This document shows positions 29,966-42,344 of a DNA stretch of 64,000 bases, piece after piece. Position 1 is the first letter of the stretch. Each line of letters begins with the position of its first letter. The DNA comes from an uncultured Actinomycetota bacterium (GTDB lineage: Bacteria; Actinomycetota; Actinomycetes; Actinomycetales; Demequinaceae), in contig CAVYHY010000004.1 of assembly GCA_963768475.1 (NCBI GenBank), positions 374,400 to 438,399 on the forward strand. The letters are read 5' to 3'. The position numbers were made by a program, and so were the translations under genes. Under the pieces are notes generated by a model, which made no database searches, was not told where the DNA came from, and saw only the letters and a program-made list of their open reading frames with translations.

Positions 29966-32900
29966 GTGACGGAGCAACGTCCCCTCGGGGCACTCCTCAC
30001 GATTCTTGGCGACCTCCCCGGAACCGGCCAAGCCGTCGTCTCCGACCACATCGTCGCGCCCCGGTGCGCCGCGCCCATCCTCGCGGCGCTCGCCGCCGAC
30101 GCCACGCAACCCGTCGTCGTCGTGACCGCCACCAGTCACGAGGCGGAACGACTCGCGAGCGAGATCGGCGCATTCGTCGAACCAGCCGCGGTCGCGCTCT
30201 TCCCGTCGTGGGAGACGCTGCCCCACGAGCGACTCTCCCCGCGAGCCGACACGGTCGCGCGACGGCTCACGACGCTCAGGAGGCTCGCGCGCCCGGAGAG
30301 TGCCGAGGCGCTCGGCGCCGCGCCCCTTCGCGTGGTCATAGCCTCGCTGCGCGCGCTGATTCAACCGATGGCGGCAGGGCTCGCCGACCTCGAGCCCGTC
30401 GTCGTTCGGGCGGGCGAGACGCGGGACTTTGCGGCGCTCGCGACGGAGCTGTCGCGGGCCGCGTACGAACGCGTCGATATGGTCGAGCGGCGCGGCGAGT
30501 TTGCCGTTCGCGGCGGAATCGTCGATGTTTTCGCCCCGACCGACCCCCACCCGGTCCGCATCGAGTTCTTCGGAGACGACGTCGAGTCCATCCGACCGTT
30601 CTCCGTCGCGGACCAGCGCAGCCTCGAATCCGTCGACATCGCGGTCGCCCCCGCGTGCCGCGAGCTGGTGCTGAGCGACGCGGTTCGCGCGCGAGCGCGT
30701 GCGCTGATGGGATCCATTCCGGGGGCGGACGATCTCCTCGCCAGGGTGGCGGAGGGCGTCCCGACGGAAGGCATGGAGAGCCTCCTGCCCGTCCTCGTTG
30801 ACCGCCTCGTCACCGTCATCGACGAAGCCCCGGCAGGCACGCGGTTTCTCGCCCTTGAGCCGGAGAGGCTTGCGCGTCGCGCCGAGGAACTCTCCGCGAC
30901 CGCCGACGAGTTTCGCCACGCAGCGTGGTCGGCCTCCGCGGCAGGGGCCGCGGCCCCCGTCGATCTCGACGCTGGCGCGTTCCGCGACCTCGCGGACCTA
31001 CGGGAGGAGGCGCGCGAGCGCGGGCTCACATGGTCCTCGATCGGACCCTTCGGCGCGGAGGGGGCCGCCGACACGGGGATCCACGGCGTGGACGAGATCG
31101 CGGGCACGCCCGCCGCGACGCTCGCCTCTATCCGCAGCATGCTCGCGGATGGGTGGCAGGTGGTCGTCGCGGCTGCGGGCGAGGGATCGGCCGATCGCAT
31201 CGTCGAAAACCTCGCGTCCGAGGACGTCGCGGCGAGGGCGCAACCCGTCTGGCAACCGTCGGACGCCGTCGTCGCCGTCGTTCCACACACGGCGACCGAG
31301 GGACTGAGCCTTCCCGAGGCGCGCATCGTCGTCTTCTCGGAGGCCCACCTGACGGGCCGCGCTGGAGTCGCGGAGACCCGCAGCAAGGTCCCGACGCGCC
31401 GCCGAGGGTCCGTTGACCCCCTTCAACTTCGCCCCGGCGACTTTGTCGTCCACGAGCGCCACGGCATCGGCCGGTTCGTCGAGCTCACCACCCGCACCGT
31501 GCGGGGGACGGAGCGCGAATACATCGTCATCGAGTACGCGCCCTCGCGCCGCGGGATGCCGGGCGACCGACTCTCCGTTCCCACCGACCACCTGGACCGA
31601 GTCACCAAGTACGTCGGGGGAGAGGCGCCATCGCTGAGCAAGATGGGCGGGGCGGACTGGGCGAAGGCCAAGGGCAAGGCGCGAGCAGCCGTCAAGGAGA
31701 TCGCGGCCGAACTCATCCGTCTGTACAGCGCACGGATGGCGGCGAAGGGCCACGCGTTCGGGCCCGATACGCCGTGGCAGCGCGAGCTGGAGGACGCCTT
31801 CCCCTACGTCGAGACGCCCGACCAACTCGTCACAATCGACGAGGTGAAGGGCGACATGGAGCGCGAGGTCCCGATGGACCGGCTCATCTGCGGGGACGTG
31901 GGTTTCGGCAAGACGGAGATCGCCGTGCGGGCGGCGTTCAAGGCCATCCAGGCGGGAACGCAGGTCGCGGTTCTCGTGCCGACCACCCTGCTCGTTCGCC
32001 AGCACGTCGAAACGTTCACCGAGCGCTTCGCCCCGTTCCCCATCAAGGTCGTGGCGCTCTCGCGCTTCCAGACGGACAAGGAGGCGAGGGAGGTGGTCGA
32101 GGGACTGGCCGACGGCACGGTCGACCTCGTCATCGGCACGCACCGCCTCATTACGGGCAACGTCCGGTTCAAGAACCTGGGGCTCGTGGTGATCGACGAG
32201 GAACAGCGTTTCGGCGTGGAACACAAGGAGACGCTGAAGGCGATGCGCACGTCCGTCGACGTGCTTGCGATGTCCGCGACCCCGATCCCTCGAACGCTCG
32301 AGATGGCGGTCACCGGCATCCGCGACCTGTCCACGTTGGCCACGCCGCCCGAGGAACGCCTGCCGATCCTGACCTACGTCGGCCCCCAGGAGAACGCGCA
32401 GATCACGGCGGCCGTCCGGCGGGAACTGCTCCGCGACGGCCAGGTGTTCTACATCCACAACTCCGTGTCGTCGATCGAGCGTGCCGCGCGCCTCGTGGCC
32501 GATCTCGTGCCGGAGGCGCGCGTCGCGATCGCTCACGGCCAGATGAGCGAGCATCAACTCGAGAACGTCATCGTCGACTACTACGAGAAGCGCTACGACG
32601 TGCTCGTCTGTACGACGATCGTCGAGACCGGTCTCGATATCCCCAACGCCAACACCCTGATCGTCGAGAGGGCAGACGCGTTCGGCCTTAGTCAGCTCCA
32701 CCAACTCCGAGGGCGCGTCGGGCGCGGTCGCGAGCGCGCGTACGCGTACTTCCTCTACCCCGCGGACCGGACGCTAACCGAGACCGCTCACGACCGCCTC
32801 CAGACCATAGCCGCGCACACGGACCTTGGCTCGGGGACGGCGGTCGCGATGAAGGACCTCGAGATCCGCGGCGCGGGCAACCTCCTGGGAGCCGCGCAGT

Positions 32901-33463
32901 CCGGGCATATCGAGGGCGTCGGCTTCGACCTGTACATGCGAATGGTCGGGGAGGCCGTCGCGGGATTCCGGGGCGAGGCGAAGGACGACGAGGAGGAGGT
33001 GTCCATCGACCTGCCCATCGACGCCCACCTGCCCGCGGAGTACATCCCGCACGAGAGGTTGCGCCTCGAGGCGTACCGCAAGCTCGCCGACGCGGCGGAC
33101 GACGATGCGCTCGCCGCGGTGGCCGCCGAGCTTGCCGACCGGTACGGCCCGCTGCCCGAGCCAGCCGAGAACCTTGTCGCCGTCGCTCGGCTCCGAATCG
33201 AGGTCATGCGCGCGGGCCTGCGTACCGTCGCCGCTCAGGGCAAGTTCGTCAAGTTCGCGCCCCTCGAACCCGCCGACAGCGCCGCGCTTCGGCTGCGCCG
33301 CGTGTTCCCCGGCACCATCCTGAAGCCCGCCGTGCGCCAGGTACTCGTTCCCGCGCCTGTCGTCGACGGGAACGCAGCCAACCCCATCTCCGGCCTCGCG
33401 GTGCTCGACTGGGTTCGCACCGTTCTGGGGGCCGCCGCGAGCGCGGTTAGGATGGCGCCATGA
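29966..33463 (+). CDS. mfd: Transcription-repair coupling factor
   Basis: 1165 aa, GTG start. CarD-like VVHERHGIGRF, DEAD/helicase motifs (CGDVGFGKTE, VIDEEQRFGV, TPIPRT, LHQLRGRVGR) and a TRCF C-terminal domain. Confidence 0.95.
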   Translation: MTEQRPLGALLTILGDLPGTGQAVVSDHIVAPRCAAPILAALAADATQPVVVVTATSHEAERLASEIGAFVEPAAVALFPSWETLPHERLSPRADTVARRLTTLRRLARPESAEALGAAPLRVVIASLRALIQPMAAGLADLEPVVVRAGETRDFAALATELSRAAYERVDMVERRGEFAVRGGIVDVFAPTDPHPVRIEFFGDDVESIRPFSVADQRSLESVDIAVAPACRELVLSDAVRARARALMGSIPGADDLLARVAEGVPTEGMESLLPVLVDRLVTVIDEAPAGTRFLALEPERLARRAEELSATADEFRHAAWSASAAGAAAPVDLDAGAFRDLADLREEARERGLTWSSIGPFGAEGAADTGIHGVDEIAGTPAATLASIRSMLADGWQVVVAAAGEGSADRIVENLASEDVAARAQPVWQPSDAVVAVVPHTATEGLSLPEARIVVFSEAHLTGRAGVAETRSKVPTRRRGSVDPLQLRPGDFVVHERHGIGRFVELTTRTVRGTEREYIVIEYAPSRRGMPGDRLSVPTDHLDRVTKYVGGEAPSLSKMGGADWAKAKGKARAAVKEIAAELIRLYSARMAAKGHAFGPDTPWQRELEDAFPYVETPDQLVTIDEVKGDMEREVPMDRLICGDVGFGKTEIAVRAAFKAIQAGTQVAVLVPTTLLVRQHVETFTERFAPFPIKVVALSRFQTDKEAREVVEGLADGTVDLVIGTHRLITGNVRFKNLGLVVIDEEQRFGVEHKETLKAMRTSVDVLAMSATPIPRTLEMAVTGIRDLSTLATPPEERLPILTYVGPQENAQITAAVRRELLRDGQVFYIHNSVSSIERAARLVADLVPEARVAIAHGQMSEHQLENVIVDYYEKRYDVLVCTTIVETGLDIPNANTLIVERADAFGLSQLHQLRGRVGRGRERAYAYFLYPADRTLTETAHDRLQTIAAHTDLGSGTAVAMKDLEIRGAGNLLGAAQSGHIEGVGFDLYMRMVGEAVAGFRGEAKDDEEEVSIDLPIDAHLPAEYIPHERLRLEAYRKLADAADDDALAAVAAELADRYGPLPEPAENLVAVARLRIEVMRAGLRTVAAQGKFVKFAPLEPADSAALRLRRVFPGTILKPAVRQVLVPAPVVDGNAANPISGLAVLDWVRTVLGAAASAVRMAP

Positions 33464-34072
33464 CCCTTGTCAGCCGGCACGTTCTGCGCGCTGCCGCCAT
33501 CATTGCCGTCCTCGCAACGTCTGCGTGCGCCGTCCCAGGGCAGGGCGCCCCTGGCGATGCCGCCACCTTTGGCGACCGCAGCGTGACCGACCAACAGGTC
33601 TACGACCTCGGGCGCGGGTTCGTTGATCTCGGCAACGCGTCCTCCGGGCCAGGAACGCCGCTCACCATGGCGCTGATCGGACCGGCTCTCGTTGACCAGG
33701 CCACGACGCTCGGATTCAGCGCGACCGACGCCGACGTCGCGAGCACGGCCGACGCGTGGATCACCTTCGATGGTCGCGGCGGAACGGCGTCTCCCGCCGC
33801 GCTCGAGGTGACGCGATACGCGATGGCGATCGACTTCCTGTTGCGCACGGAAGACGGCGTGACCGCCCTCCACCAGGTGGGACTCGACGCGGAGGCGAAG
33901 GTCGAGACGAACCCGCGGTACGGCCCGTTTACGGTCTCCACGTTCGAGAACAACCTCCTCGCGGCACTCAACCAGGGACTCGCGAACGCGCCGGACGTCG
34001 ACACGTGGTTCTTCTCGGTGTTCAACCAGGTGAGCGGGTTCGCCGTGGCAATGCCCGACTGGATCTCGACGG

Positions 34073-34080
<8 letters not shown>
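33460..34080 (+). CDS. Lipoprotein of unknown function
   Basis: ATG overlaps the mfd stop. Signal peptide plus lipobox (AVLATSAC). I recognise no family. Confidence 0.7.
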
Positions 34081-36053
<1,973 letters not shown>

Positions 36054-36142
36054 TAACAACTCTCGACTCGCGGCTCGAAGCAGCGGGTCACCGGCGCGGT
36101 GCGCCGGGACAATGGTGGGTGTGAAAGCCCCCCAGCGTCCCG

Positions 36143-36662
36143 GTGCGCCGCGCTCGTTGCATTCCGCGGCCTCCGCGCGCCCCGGCTCGCGCCCGACGCC
36201 GCGATCGGGCATCCCCCGGGCGACCGCGGCGTGCCGAGCCTCCCCGCGTCGAGCGCCCGTCGGCCGCGTCGTCGATGTCGTGGCGCGCCGTCGTGCTCAC
36301 GGCGGTTCTGGCGCTCGCGCTCGCCGTGATGGTTCCCTCCGTCCGCGCCTACCTCAAGCAACAGGAGACGCTGGCCGATCTGCGGGGCCAGGTTGCGGAC
36401 GCTCAGCGCGGAGGTGGACAGCCTCCAGGCCGAGGTCGCCCGCTGGGACGATCCGGCCTACGTCATCGCGAAGGCGCGCGACCGGCTCGTCTACGTACTT
36501 CCCGGGGAGACGGCCTATCGCGTCGTCGATCCGGAGTTCGTGGGTGATCCTGCCGCCGCCGACGCCGGGGGGACGAAGCAGCCGGGCGGGACGATCGCGC
36601 CGCAGAAGTCGTGGTTCGACACGTTGTGGGGTTCGATCGAAGCCGCGGGAACGAGCTCGTGA
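36143..36662 (+). pseudogene. ftsB: Septum formation initiator FtsB/DivIC-like, one apparent frameshift near 36407
   Basis: TM plus coiled coil (WRAVVLTAVLALALAVMVPSVRAYLKQQETLADLRGQVADAQ) in one frame, continuing as AEVDSLQAEVARWDDPAYVIAKARDRLVYVLPGE in ORF 36393-36662. Start uncertain (GTG 36143 or ATG 36275). Confidence 0.75.
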
Positions 36663-37189
36663 CGGGCGGCGACGCGACGCGCCATCGTGAGATCGACGCG
36701 CGCGATATCGAGGCGCTCCGGAATCAGCTCGGCCGCGAACCGCGCGGGGTGGTCGCGATCGCGGCGCGATGCGCCTGCGGCAATCCCACCGTCGCCATGA
36801 CGGCCCCGCGTCTCGAGGACGGCTCGCCCTTCCCGACGACGTACTACCTCACGCATCCGGGGGCTGTCGCCGCCGTCTCGACCGTCGAGGCCTCGGGCCA
36901 GATGCGCGCGATGAACGAGCGTCTAGCGGACGACGAGGAGCTCGCGGCGCTCTACCGCGCGGCTCACGAGTCGTATCTCGTTGACCGCGCCGAGATGGAA
37001 GACGTCGAGGAGATCGCGGGGATTAGCGCGGGAGGCATGCCCGACCGCGTCAAGTGTCTTCACGCCCTCGTGGCGCACGCGCTCGCGAAGGGTCCTGGCG
37101 TCAACCCGATCGGGGACGAGACGCTGGCGGCCATCCGCGACGAGTGGCGTCCCGATCGCTGCACGTGCGACGTGCCGCGCGCGTCCTGA
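36659..37189 (+). CDS. DUF501 domain-containing protein
   Basis: GTG 36659 overlaps the ftsB stop (GTGA). CACGNPTVAMTAPRL, FPTTYYLTHP and MPDRVKCLHAL. Conserved position between ftsB and ppx. Confidence 0.8.
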   Translation: MTGGDATRHREIDARDIEALRNQLGREPRGVVAIAARCACGNPTVAMTAPRLEDGSPFPTTYYLTHPGAVAAVSTVEASGQMRAMNERLADDEELAALYRAAHESYLVDRAEMEDVEEIAGISAGGMPDRVKCLHALVAHALAKGPGVNPIGDETLAAIRDEWRPDRCTCDVPRAS

Positions 37190-37219
37190 CGCCCCCGCGC
37201 TCCCCGTTACGCTTGCGCC

Positions 37220-38179
37220 ATGCGAGTCGCGGCCATCGATTGCGGAACCAATTCCCTCCGGCTCCTTGTCGCGGACGTCGATCCGGGCGCGGGGACCCTC
37301 GTCGACGTGACGAGGGAGATGATCGTCGTTCGTCTGGGCGAGGGCGTCGATACGACGGGGCTCCTCGCCCCAGCGGCGTTGGCTCGAACCTTCGCGGCCG
37401 TCGACCAGTACGCGGCGACGTGCGAGCGCCTCGGGGTCGAGGCGGTCCGCTTCGTCGCCACGTCGGCGACGCGCGACGCCAAGAATCGGGAGGTGCTCGT
37501 CGAGGGAGTACGGGAACGCCTGGGTGTTCCCGCCGACGTCATCTCGGGAGACGAGGAGGCGCGACTGTCGTTTCGGGGCGCGACGGGGGCGCTCGCTCCC
37601 GGGCTCGACGAGCCGTTCCTCGTCGTGGATCTAGGAGGAGGATCGACGGAGTTGGTGCTGGGCGGGGCTGCCCCCGACCACGCTCACTCGATGGACGTCG
37701 GGTGCATCCGCCTCACCGAGCGTCACCTGTCCGCCGAACCGGCCTCGCCGGCCGACGTCGACGCCGCCGTCCGGGACATACGCGCGGCCCTGGACGCCGC
37801 CGCGCTTGACGTGCCCTTCGCTAAGGCGCGGACCCTGGTGGGCCTCGCTGGCTCCGTCACGACGATCACCGCGCGCGCTCTCGGGCTCGACGCCTACCGT
37901 CCCGAGCGTATCGACGGCGCGATTCTTCCCATCGACGAGCTCGTCCGCGCGGCCGACGAGCTCCTGGCGATGCCGCGGGCGGAACGGGCCGCCCTGCCGT
38001 ACATGCACCCCGGGCGGGTCGACTCGATCGGAGCAGGGGCGCTCGTGTGGCGCGAGGTGATGCTGCGCGTGCGCTCCGATGTTCGCGCGGCCGGAGGCGC
38101 CCTCGACACGGCGGCCACGAGCGAGCACGACATCCTCGACGGTGTGGCGCTTGCGCTCGCGGAGTCCTCGCGCACCTAG
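37220..38179 (+). CDS. ppx: Ppx/GppA-family exopolyphosphatase
   Basis: VAAIDCGTNSLRLLVA, VATSATRDAKN and VVDLGGGSTEL. Confidence 0.9.
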   Translation: MRVAAIDCGTNSLRLLVADVDPGAGTLVDVTREMIVVRLGEGVDTTGLLAPAALARTFAAVDQYAATCERLGVEAVRFVATSATRDAKNREVLVEGVRERLGVPADVISGDEEARLSFRGATGALAPGLDEPFLVVDLGGGSTELVLGGAAPDHAHSMDVGCIRLTERHLSAEPASPADVDAAVRDIRAALDAAALDVPFAKARTLVGLAGSVTTITARALGLDAYRPERIDGAILPIDELVRAADELLAMPRAERAALPYMHPGRVDSIGAGALVWREVMLRVRSDVRAAGGALDTAATSEHDILDGVALALAESSRT

Positions 38180-38203
38180 TCTGACCTGCAACAATCGGAC
38201 GAG

Positions 38204-38277
38204 GCCCCCGTAGCCCAACTGGCAGAGGCAGCCGACTTAAAATCGGCCCAGTGCAGGTTCGAGCCCTGCCGGGGGCA
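38204..38277 (+). tRNA. tRNA, class I (short variable loop), anticodon loop CTTAAAA giving anticodon TAA; isotype uncertain
   Basis: Hand fold. Acceptor GCCCCCG/CGGGGGC, discriminator A, no encoded CCA. T-arm GCAGG-TTCGAGC-CCTGC. Anticodon stem GCCGA/TCGGC. 5-nt variable loop CCAGT. D-stem GCCC/AGGC has a mismatch that vanishes if one base (a at 38226) is removed. Confidence 0.7.
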
Positions 38278-38325
38278 CTCTCGGCGGAGATCGTCCGCCG
38301 AACGGACGACGCGTAAGGAGCGGCA

Positions 38326-39301
38326 ATGGCGCACTACGACCTCCCCCTGGATCAGTTGCGCGAGTATCGGCCCGTCATCGCGGAGCCCGCGGATCTCGAC
38401 GCGTTTTGGGCCGACACCATGGCCGAGGCTCGCGCGGCGGGAGGGGCACCGGAGGCGACGCCCGTTGAGCCCGCGCTGCCCCACGTCGACGTATGGGACG
38501 TGACCTTCCCCGGTTTCGCAGGCGACCCCGTGAAGGCCTGGTACTCGCGTCCCGCTGGCGTCGACGACGACCTTCCGGTGATCGTCCAGTACCAGGGATA
38601 TAACGGTGGGCGGGGGCTCGCGTTCGAGCACACGTTCTGGCCGTCGGCGGGCTACGCGCACCTCATGATGGACACGCGCGGCCAGGGTTCCGGCTGGGGC
38701 GGCGGAGGCGACACCCCGGATCCCGGAGGATCGACGCCGTCGCAGCCCGGGTACATGACCCGAGGGATTCTCGATCCATCCGAGTACTACTACCGGCGGA
38801 TGTTCACCGACGCCGTCGCGCGCCATCGACGCCGCTCGCGCCTTGCCCGGCGTCGACGCGGCGCGAACAATCGTGGCGCGGAATCTCCAGGGAGGCGGCG
38901 TCGCGATCGCCGCCGCCGGCGCTCGTCCCGGACGTCGTCGCGGCGCTCGTCGACGTGCCGTTCCTTTGCCACTACGAGCGGGCCGTCGCGGTCATCGACT
39001 CCGACCCCTACGGCGAGATCACCCGATACCTCTCCGTTCACCGCGACCACGCGGAGCGCGCGTTCCGCACGCTGTCCTACTTCGACGGCGCGACGCTTCG
39101 CGAAACGCGCGACCGCGCCCGCGATCTTCTCGGTCGCCCTCATGGACGACACGTGCCCGCCGTCGACCGTGTTCGCGGCCTTCAACGCGTGGGGAGGCGA
39201 GCCCAAGGAGATCGTGGTCTACCCGTTCAACCGGCACGAGGGCGGCGGTCCGCACCAGATTCGCCGCCAGTGGGAGTACCTGCGCGCGACTGCTCGGCTA
39301 G
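38326..39301 (+). pseudogene. CE7 acetyl xylan esterase / cephalosporin-C deacetylase, at least 4 frame changes
   Basis: Family blocks are spread over all three frames: AWYSRP..VIVQYQGYNGGRG..DTRGQG..YYYRRMFTDAV (frame a), DAARALPGVDAARTIV..QGGGVAIAAAG (a+1), VPDVVAALVDVPFLCHYERAVAVIDSDPYGEITRYL..RTLSYFDG (a+2), [39 protein letters not shown] (a). The stop TAG at 39299-39301 is again off-frame. Confidence 0.8.
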
Positions 39302-39919
39302 TAGGCGACCTGGCAGAACCCGTGGTTGCAGTAGCCGCCGGGGTTCTTGTGGAGGTACGCCTGGTGGTAGTCCTCCGCGTAGTAGAACACGCCGTCGCCT
39401 GCGTCCTCGACGCGGTCGATCTGCGTCGAGATGATCCCGAAGTCCTTGCCCATCAGCTTGTGCTGATAGCGCGAGCGCGACATGACGGCCTCGGTGTACT
39501 GATTCTCGGTCGTGGTGAAGACGGCGCTGCGGTACTGCGTGCCGATGTCGCCGCCTTGGCGGTTCGGGCGTCGTCGGGTCGTGGTTCTCCCAGAACGCGG
39601 CGAGCAGGGTCTCGACGGCGACCTTCGCCGGGTCGTAGACGACCTGGACGGTCTCGGTGTGCCCCGTGCGCGACGTGCACGTCTCCTCGTACGTGGGGTT
39701 CTTGGTCCAGCCGCCCATGTACCCGACGGCGGTCGACGTACACGCCGTCCATCTGCCAGAAGATCCGCTCGGCCCCCCAGAAGCAGCCCATGGCGAGGTA
39801 GATGACCTCGTAGCCCGTCGGGCCACGGGCCCTTCGAGCGGCGTGCCAAGGACCGCGTGAAGCGGCGAGATCGACCATCTCCTCGTCGCGGCCGCGATGG
39901 CGGACTTCCGGTCGACCAT
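39298..39919 (-). pseudogene. msrA: Peptide-methionine (S)-S-oxide reductase, at least 3 frame changes
   Basis: MsrA blocks are split between three minus-strand ORFs: [20 protein letters not shown], then [41 protein letters not shown], then [35 protein letters not shown]. The 5' end is approximate. Confidence 0.8.
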
Positions 39920-40055
39920 CGTCGGTCTTGTCGAGCAACATCGGCGGCCTCCCTGGCCATCGCGTCCACCCGTTCAACGCGGCCCCACGTCATTGTGTTC
40001 CGCGCGTGCGGATCGCGTCCGGCGATACGTCCCATGATCGCGCTACGCTCGCCGT

Positions 40056-41206
40056 ATGGCTACTCGAAACACGTCCTTCGACGACGAAGAAGCGCCCGAA
40101 ATCCTCAAGCACGTTCCCGTTCCGCTTCGGGTCGCGGGCGCGTGGTCGTGGCGACTGATCGTCGTCGGCATCGTCGCGCTGGCGCTATTCAGCGTCATCG
40201 CGAAGATCTCGGCGCTCGTCGTTCCCGTCGCGGTCGCGCTCCTCATCGCCGCGCCGCTCGAGCGCTTCGTCGGCGTGGCTCGCGCGCCACGGGTTCTCGC
40301 GGGCGTGGGCCTCGCCTCACTCCTCCTCTCGCTCGTCGTGGTCGGTCGTCGGGCTGATCATCCTCGCGAGCACGACCGTGATCGTCGGGATCGACGAGCT
40401 GAAGCAGCAGGCGTCGGACGGCCTTCACACCCTGGTCGATTGGCTGTCGTCCGGGCCGCTCAACCTCAGCGCCGACCAGATCCAGTCGTACCTCGACAAG
40501 GCGGGGCAGACGCTGCAGCGACAACAAGTCGGGGATCATCGCCGGCGCGCGCTGTCCGTCGACCTCGACGGTTGGCCTCGTCACCGCGGGCGCGATCCTC
40601 GCGCTCTTCTGCCTGTTCTTCTTCCTCAAGGACGGGCGGCAGCTGTGGCTCGGCGTCGTCCAGACCTCTTCCCGCGCAAGGCGCGCACGCAGATCGACTA
40701 CGCGGGAACGGCGGCATGGGACGACGCTCGCGCGATACACCAAGACGTCGGTGTTCGTCGCGCTCGTCGACGCGACGGGAATCGGCCTCGGCGCTTTGCT
40801 CCTCGGCCTGAACCTTTGGGTGCCGATCTTCATCGTCGTGTTCCTGACCTCGTTCATCCCCCTCATCGGCGCGACGGTCTCCGGCGTCGTCGCCGTGCTC
40901 GTCGCCGTCGTCGAGGGCGGGTGGGTGAAGGCGCGTCATCATGGTGGGCGTCATCCTGATCGTCCAGCAGGTCGAGGGGAACGTGCTCTACCCGTTCCTC
41001 TTCGGCAAGGCCACCTCCGTGCACCCGATCGTCGATTCTGCTCGACGGTCGGCGTCGGCGGGATCGTCGGAGGCCTCGTGGGCGCGCTGCTCGCGGTGCC
41101 GATCCTGTCGTTCACCAAGGCGTTCATCGAGGGCCTGCGGAAGATCGGGGCTTGGCCCGACGACGGAGATACCCATCGCGAGAGGCGGGCGGGCGATAGC
41201 CCTTAG
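40056..41206 (+). pseudogene. AI-2E family (PerM/UPF0118) transporter, at least 6 frame changes
   Basis: TM-rich blocks rotate through all three frames (ORFs 40056, 40378, 40751, 40941): ...GIVALALFSVIAKISALVVPV, IVGIDELKQQASDGLHTLVDWL, VFVALVDATGIGLGALLLGLNLWVPIFIVVFLTSFIPLIGATVSG, VGVILIVQQVEGNVLYPFLFGK, GVGGIVGGLVGALLAVPI. Confidence 0.75.
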
Positions 41207-41685
41207 CCGGAGAAGGGCTCCGTCGCGATGATCGTGACCGGGAATCTCGTTGCCGTTCGGCGCGACGTAGGTCGTCTCGTCGCCCGGGCGCTTGCCGAGC
41301 AGCGCCGGCCCAGGGGCGACTGCGCGGAGAACACGTCGATGTCGGTGCCGCCCGCGGCCTCGCGCGAGCCCACGAGGAACCGCATCTCGCGTCCCGCGAC
41401 CTCGGCGGTCACGACCATGCCGGACGCGATCTCGCCGTCGCCGGCGGGGCCTCGCCCACGTTCGCGTTCTCGAGGAGGCGGCGCAGCTGCGCGATGCGCG
41501 CCTCTTGCTTCGCCTGCTCCTCGCGCGCGGCGTGGTAGCCGCCGTTCTCCCTGAGGTCTCCCTCGTGTCGGCGCTCGTCGATCTCCTTGGCGATCGCGGA
41601 GCGCCCCTCGCCCGTGAGGTAGGCGTACTCCTCCTGCAGGCGGTCGAACGCCTCCTGGGTGAGCCAGGCCTGTGGTCTCGGTCAC
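41203..41685 (-). pseudogene. greA: Transcription elongation factor GreA, 4 frame changes
   Basis: GTG (complement of 41683-41685) with RBS aaggaga. VTETT, then [52 protein letters not shown] in a second frame, [22 protein letters not shown] in the first, AALLGKRPGDETTYVAPNG in a third, and VTIIATEPFSG back in the first. Confidence 0.85.
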
Positions 41686-42158
41686 GTGAATCTCCTTTCG
41701 GGACAAGGTGAGACAGGATAGCAGGATGCGCCTTCCTGGCGACAGGGGAGGGGCGACGACTGGGGAGTGCAGTAGGCGACGACGGCGGTAACGGCTGGCT
41801 CCACCGTGACGATGTCGGCGACGATGCGCTGCTGGCGTGCCGTCCGATCGGACGATGGCGACGTCGGCGTATCCGACCTCGGCGAAGCGCGCGTTGAGGG
41901 CGCGGACGCGGCACGTCGCGTCATCGTCGTCGTAGAGGTAGACGTCGAACGTCGTGGTCGCTTCGGTCGGGGAGGCGATGCTGTAACCCGCGTTGCTCCA
42001 GCGAATCGAAGCCTGCTTGTCGCCGACATAGCCGAACCACACGACGCCGGCGGTGAAGACGACGGCCGCGATCCGGTCGCGATAGCGCGCCGCCGATCGA
42101 CTCGAGGCGACGCGAGTTCGTCGGATTCGCTGAGGAGGGGTTCGTCGATGCTCATCAT
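41682..42158 (-). pseudogene. DUF4307 domain-containing membrane protein, about 2 frame changes
   Basis: The central part (RYRDRIAAVVFTAGVVWFGYVG..ATTTFDVYLYDDDDATCRVRALNARFAEVGYADV) is in a different frame from the N- and C-terminal parts. The stop overlaps the greA start (GTGA). The DUF4307-greA pairing is common in actinobacteria. Confidence 0.65.
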
Positions 42159-42185
42159 GAGGCACGATAGTCCCTGGAGGTACGT

Positions 42186-42344
42186 ATGAGCCCGATTGAT
42201 CAGAGTTCAGGCCCCGGATTCCTGGGGTTCGTGGTGACGTTCGCGCTCGCCGCGGCGTGCATCCTGCTGTTTCGATCGATGAGCAAGCACCTGCGCAAGG
42301 TGCGCCATCAGGCCGCCGTCAGGCGCGATAGATGGCGAGGCTGA
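42186..42344 (+). CDS. Possible 52-aa single-TM small protein (not in ORF track)
   Basis: ATG 42186 lies 5-6 nt after ggagg. MSPIDQSSGPGFLGFVVTFALAAACILLFRSMSKHLRKVRHQAAVRRDRWRG. Overlaps the 3' end of the convergent hemolysin-III gene by 26 nt. Confidence 0.3.
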   Translation: MSPIDQSSGPGFLGFVVTFALAAACILLFRSMSKHLRKVRHQAAVRRDRWRG

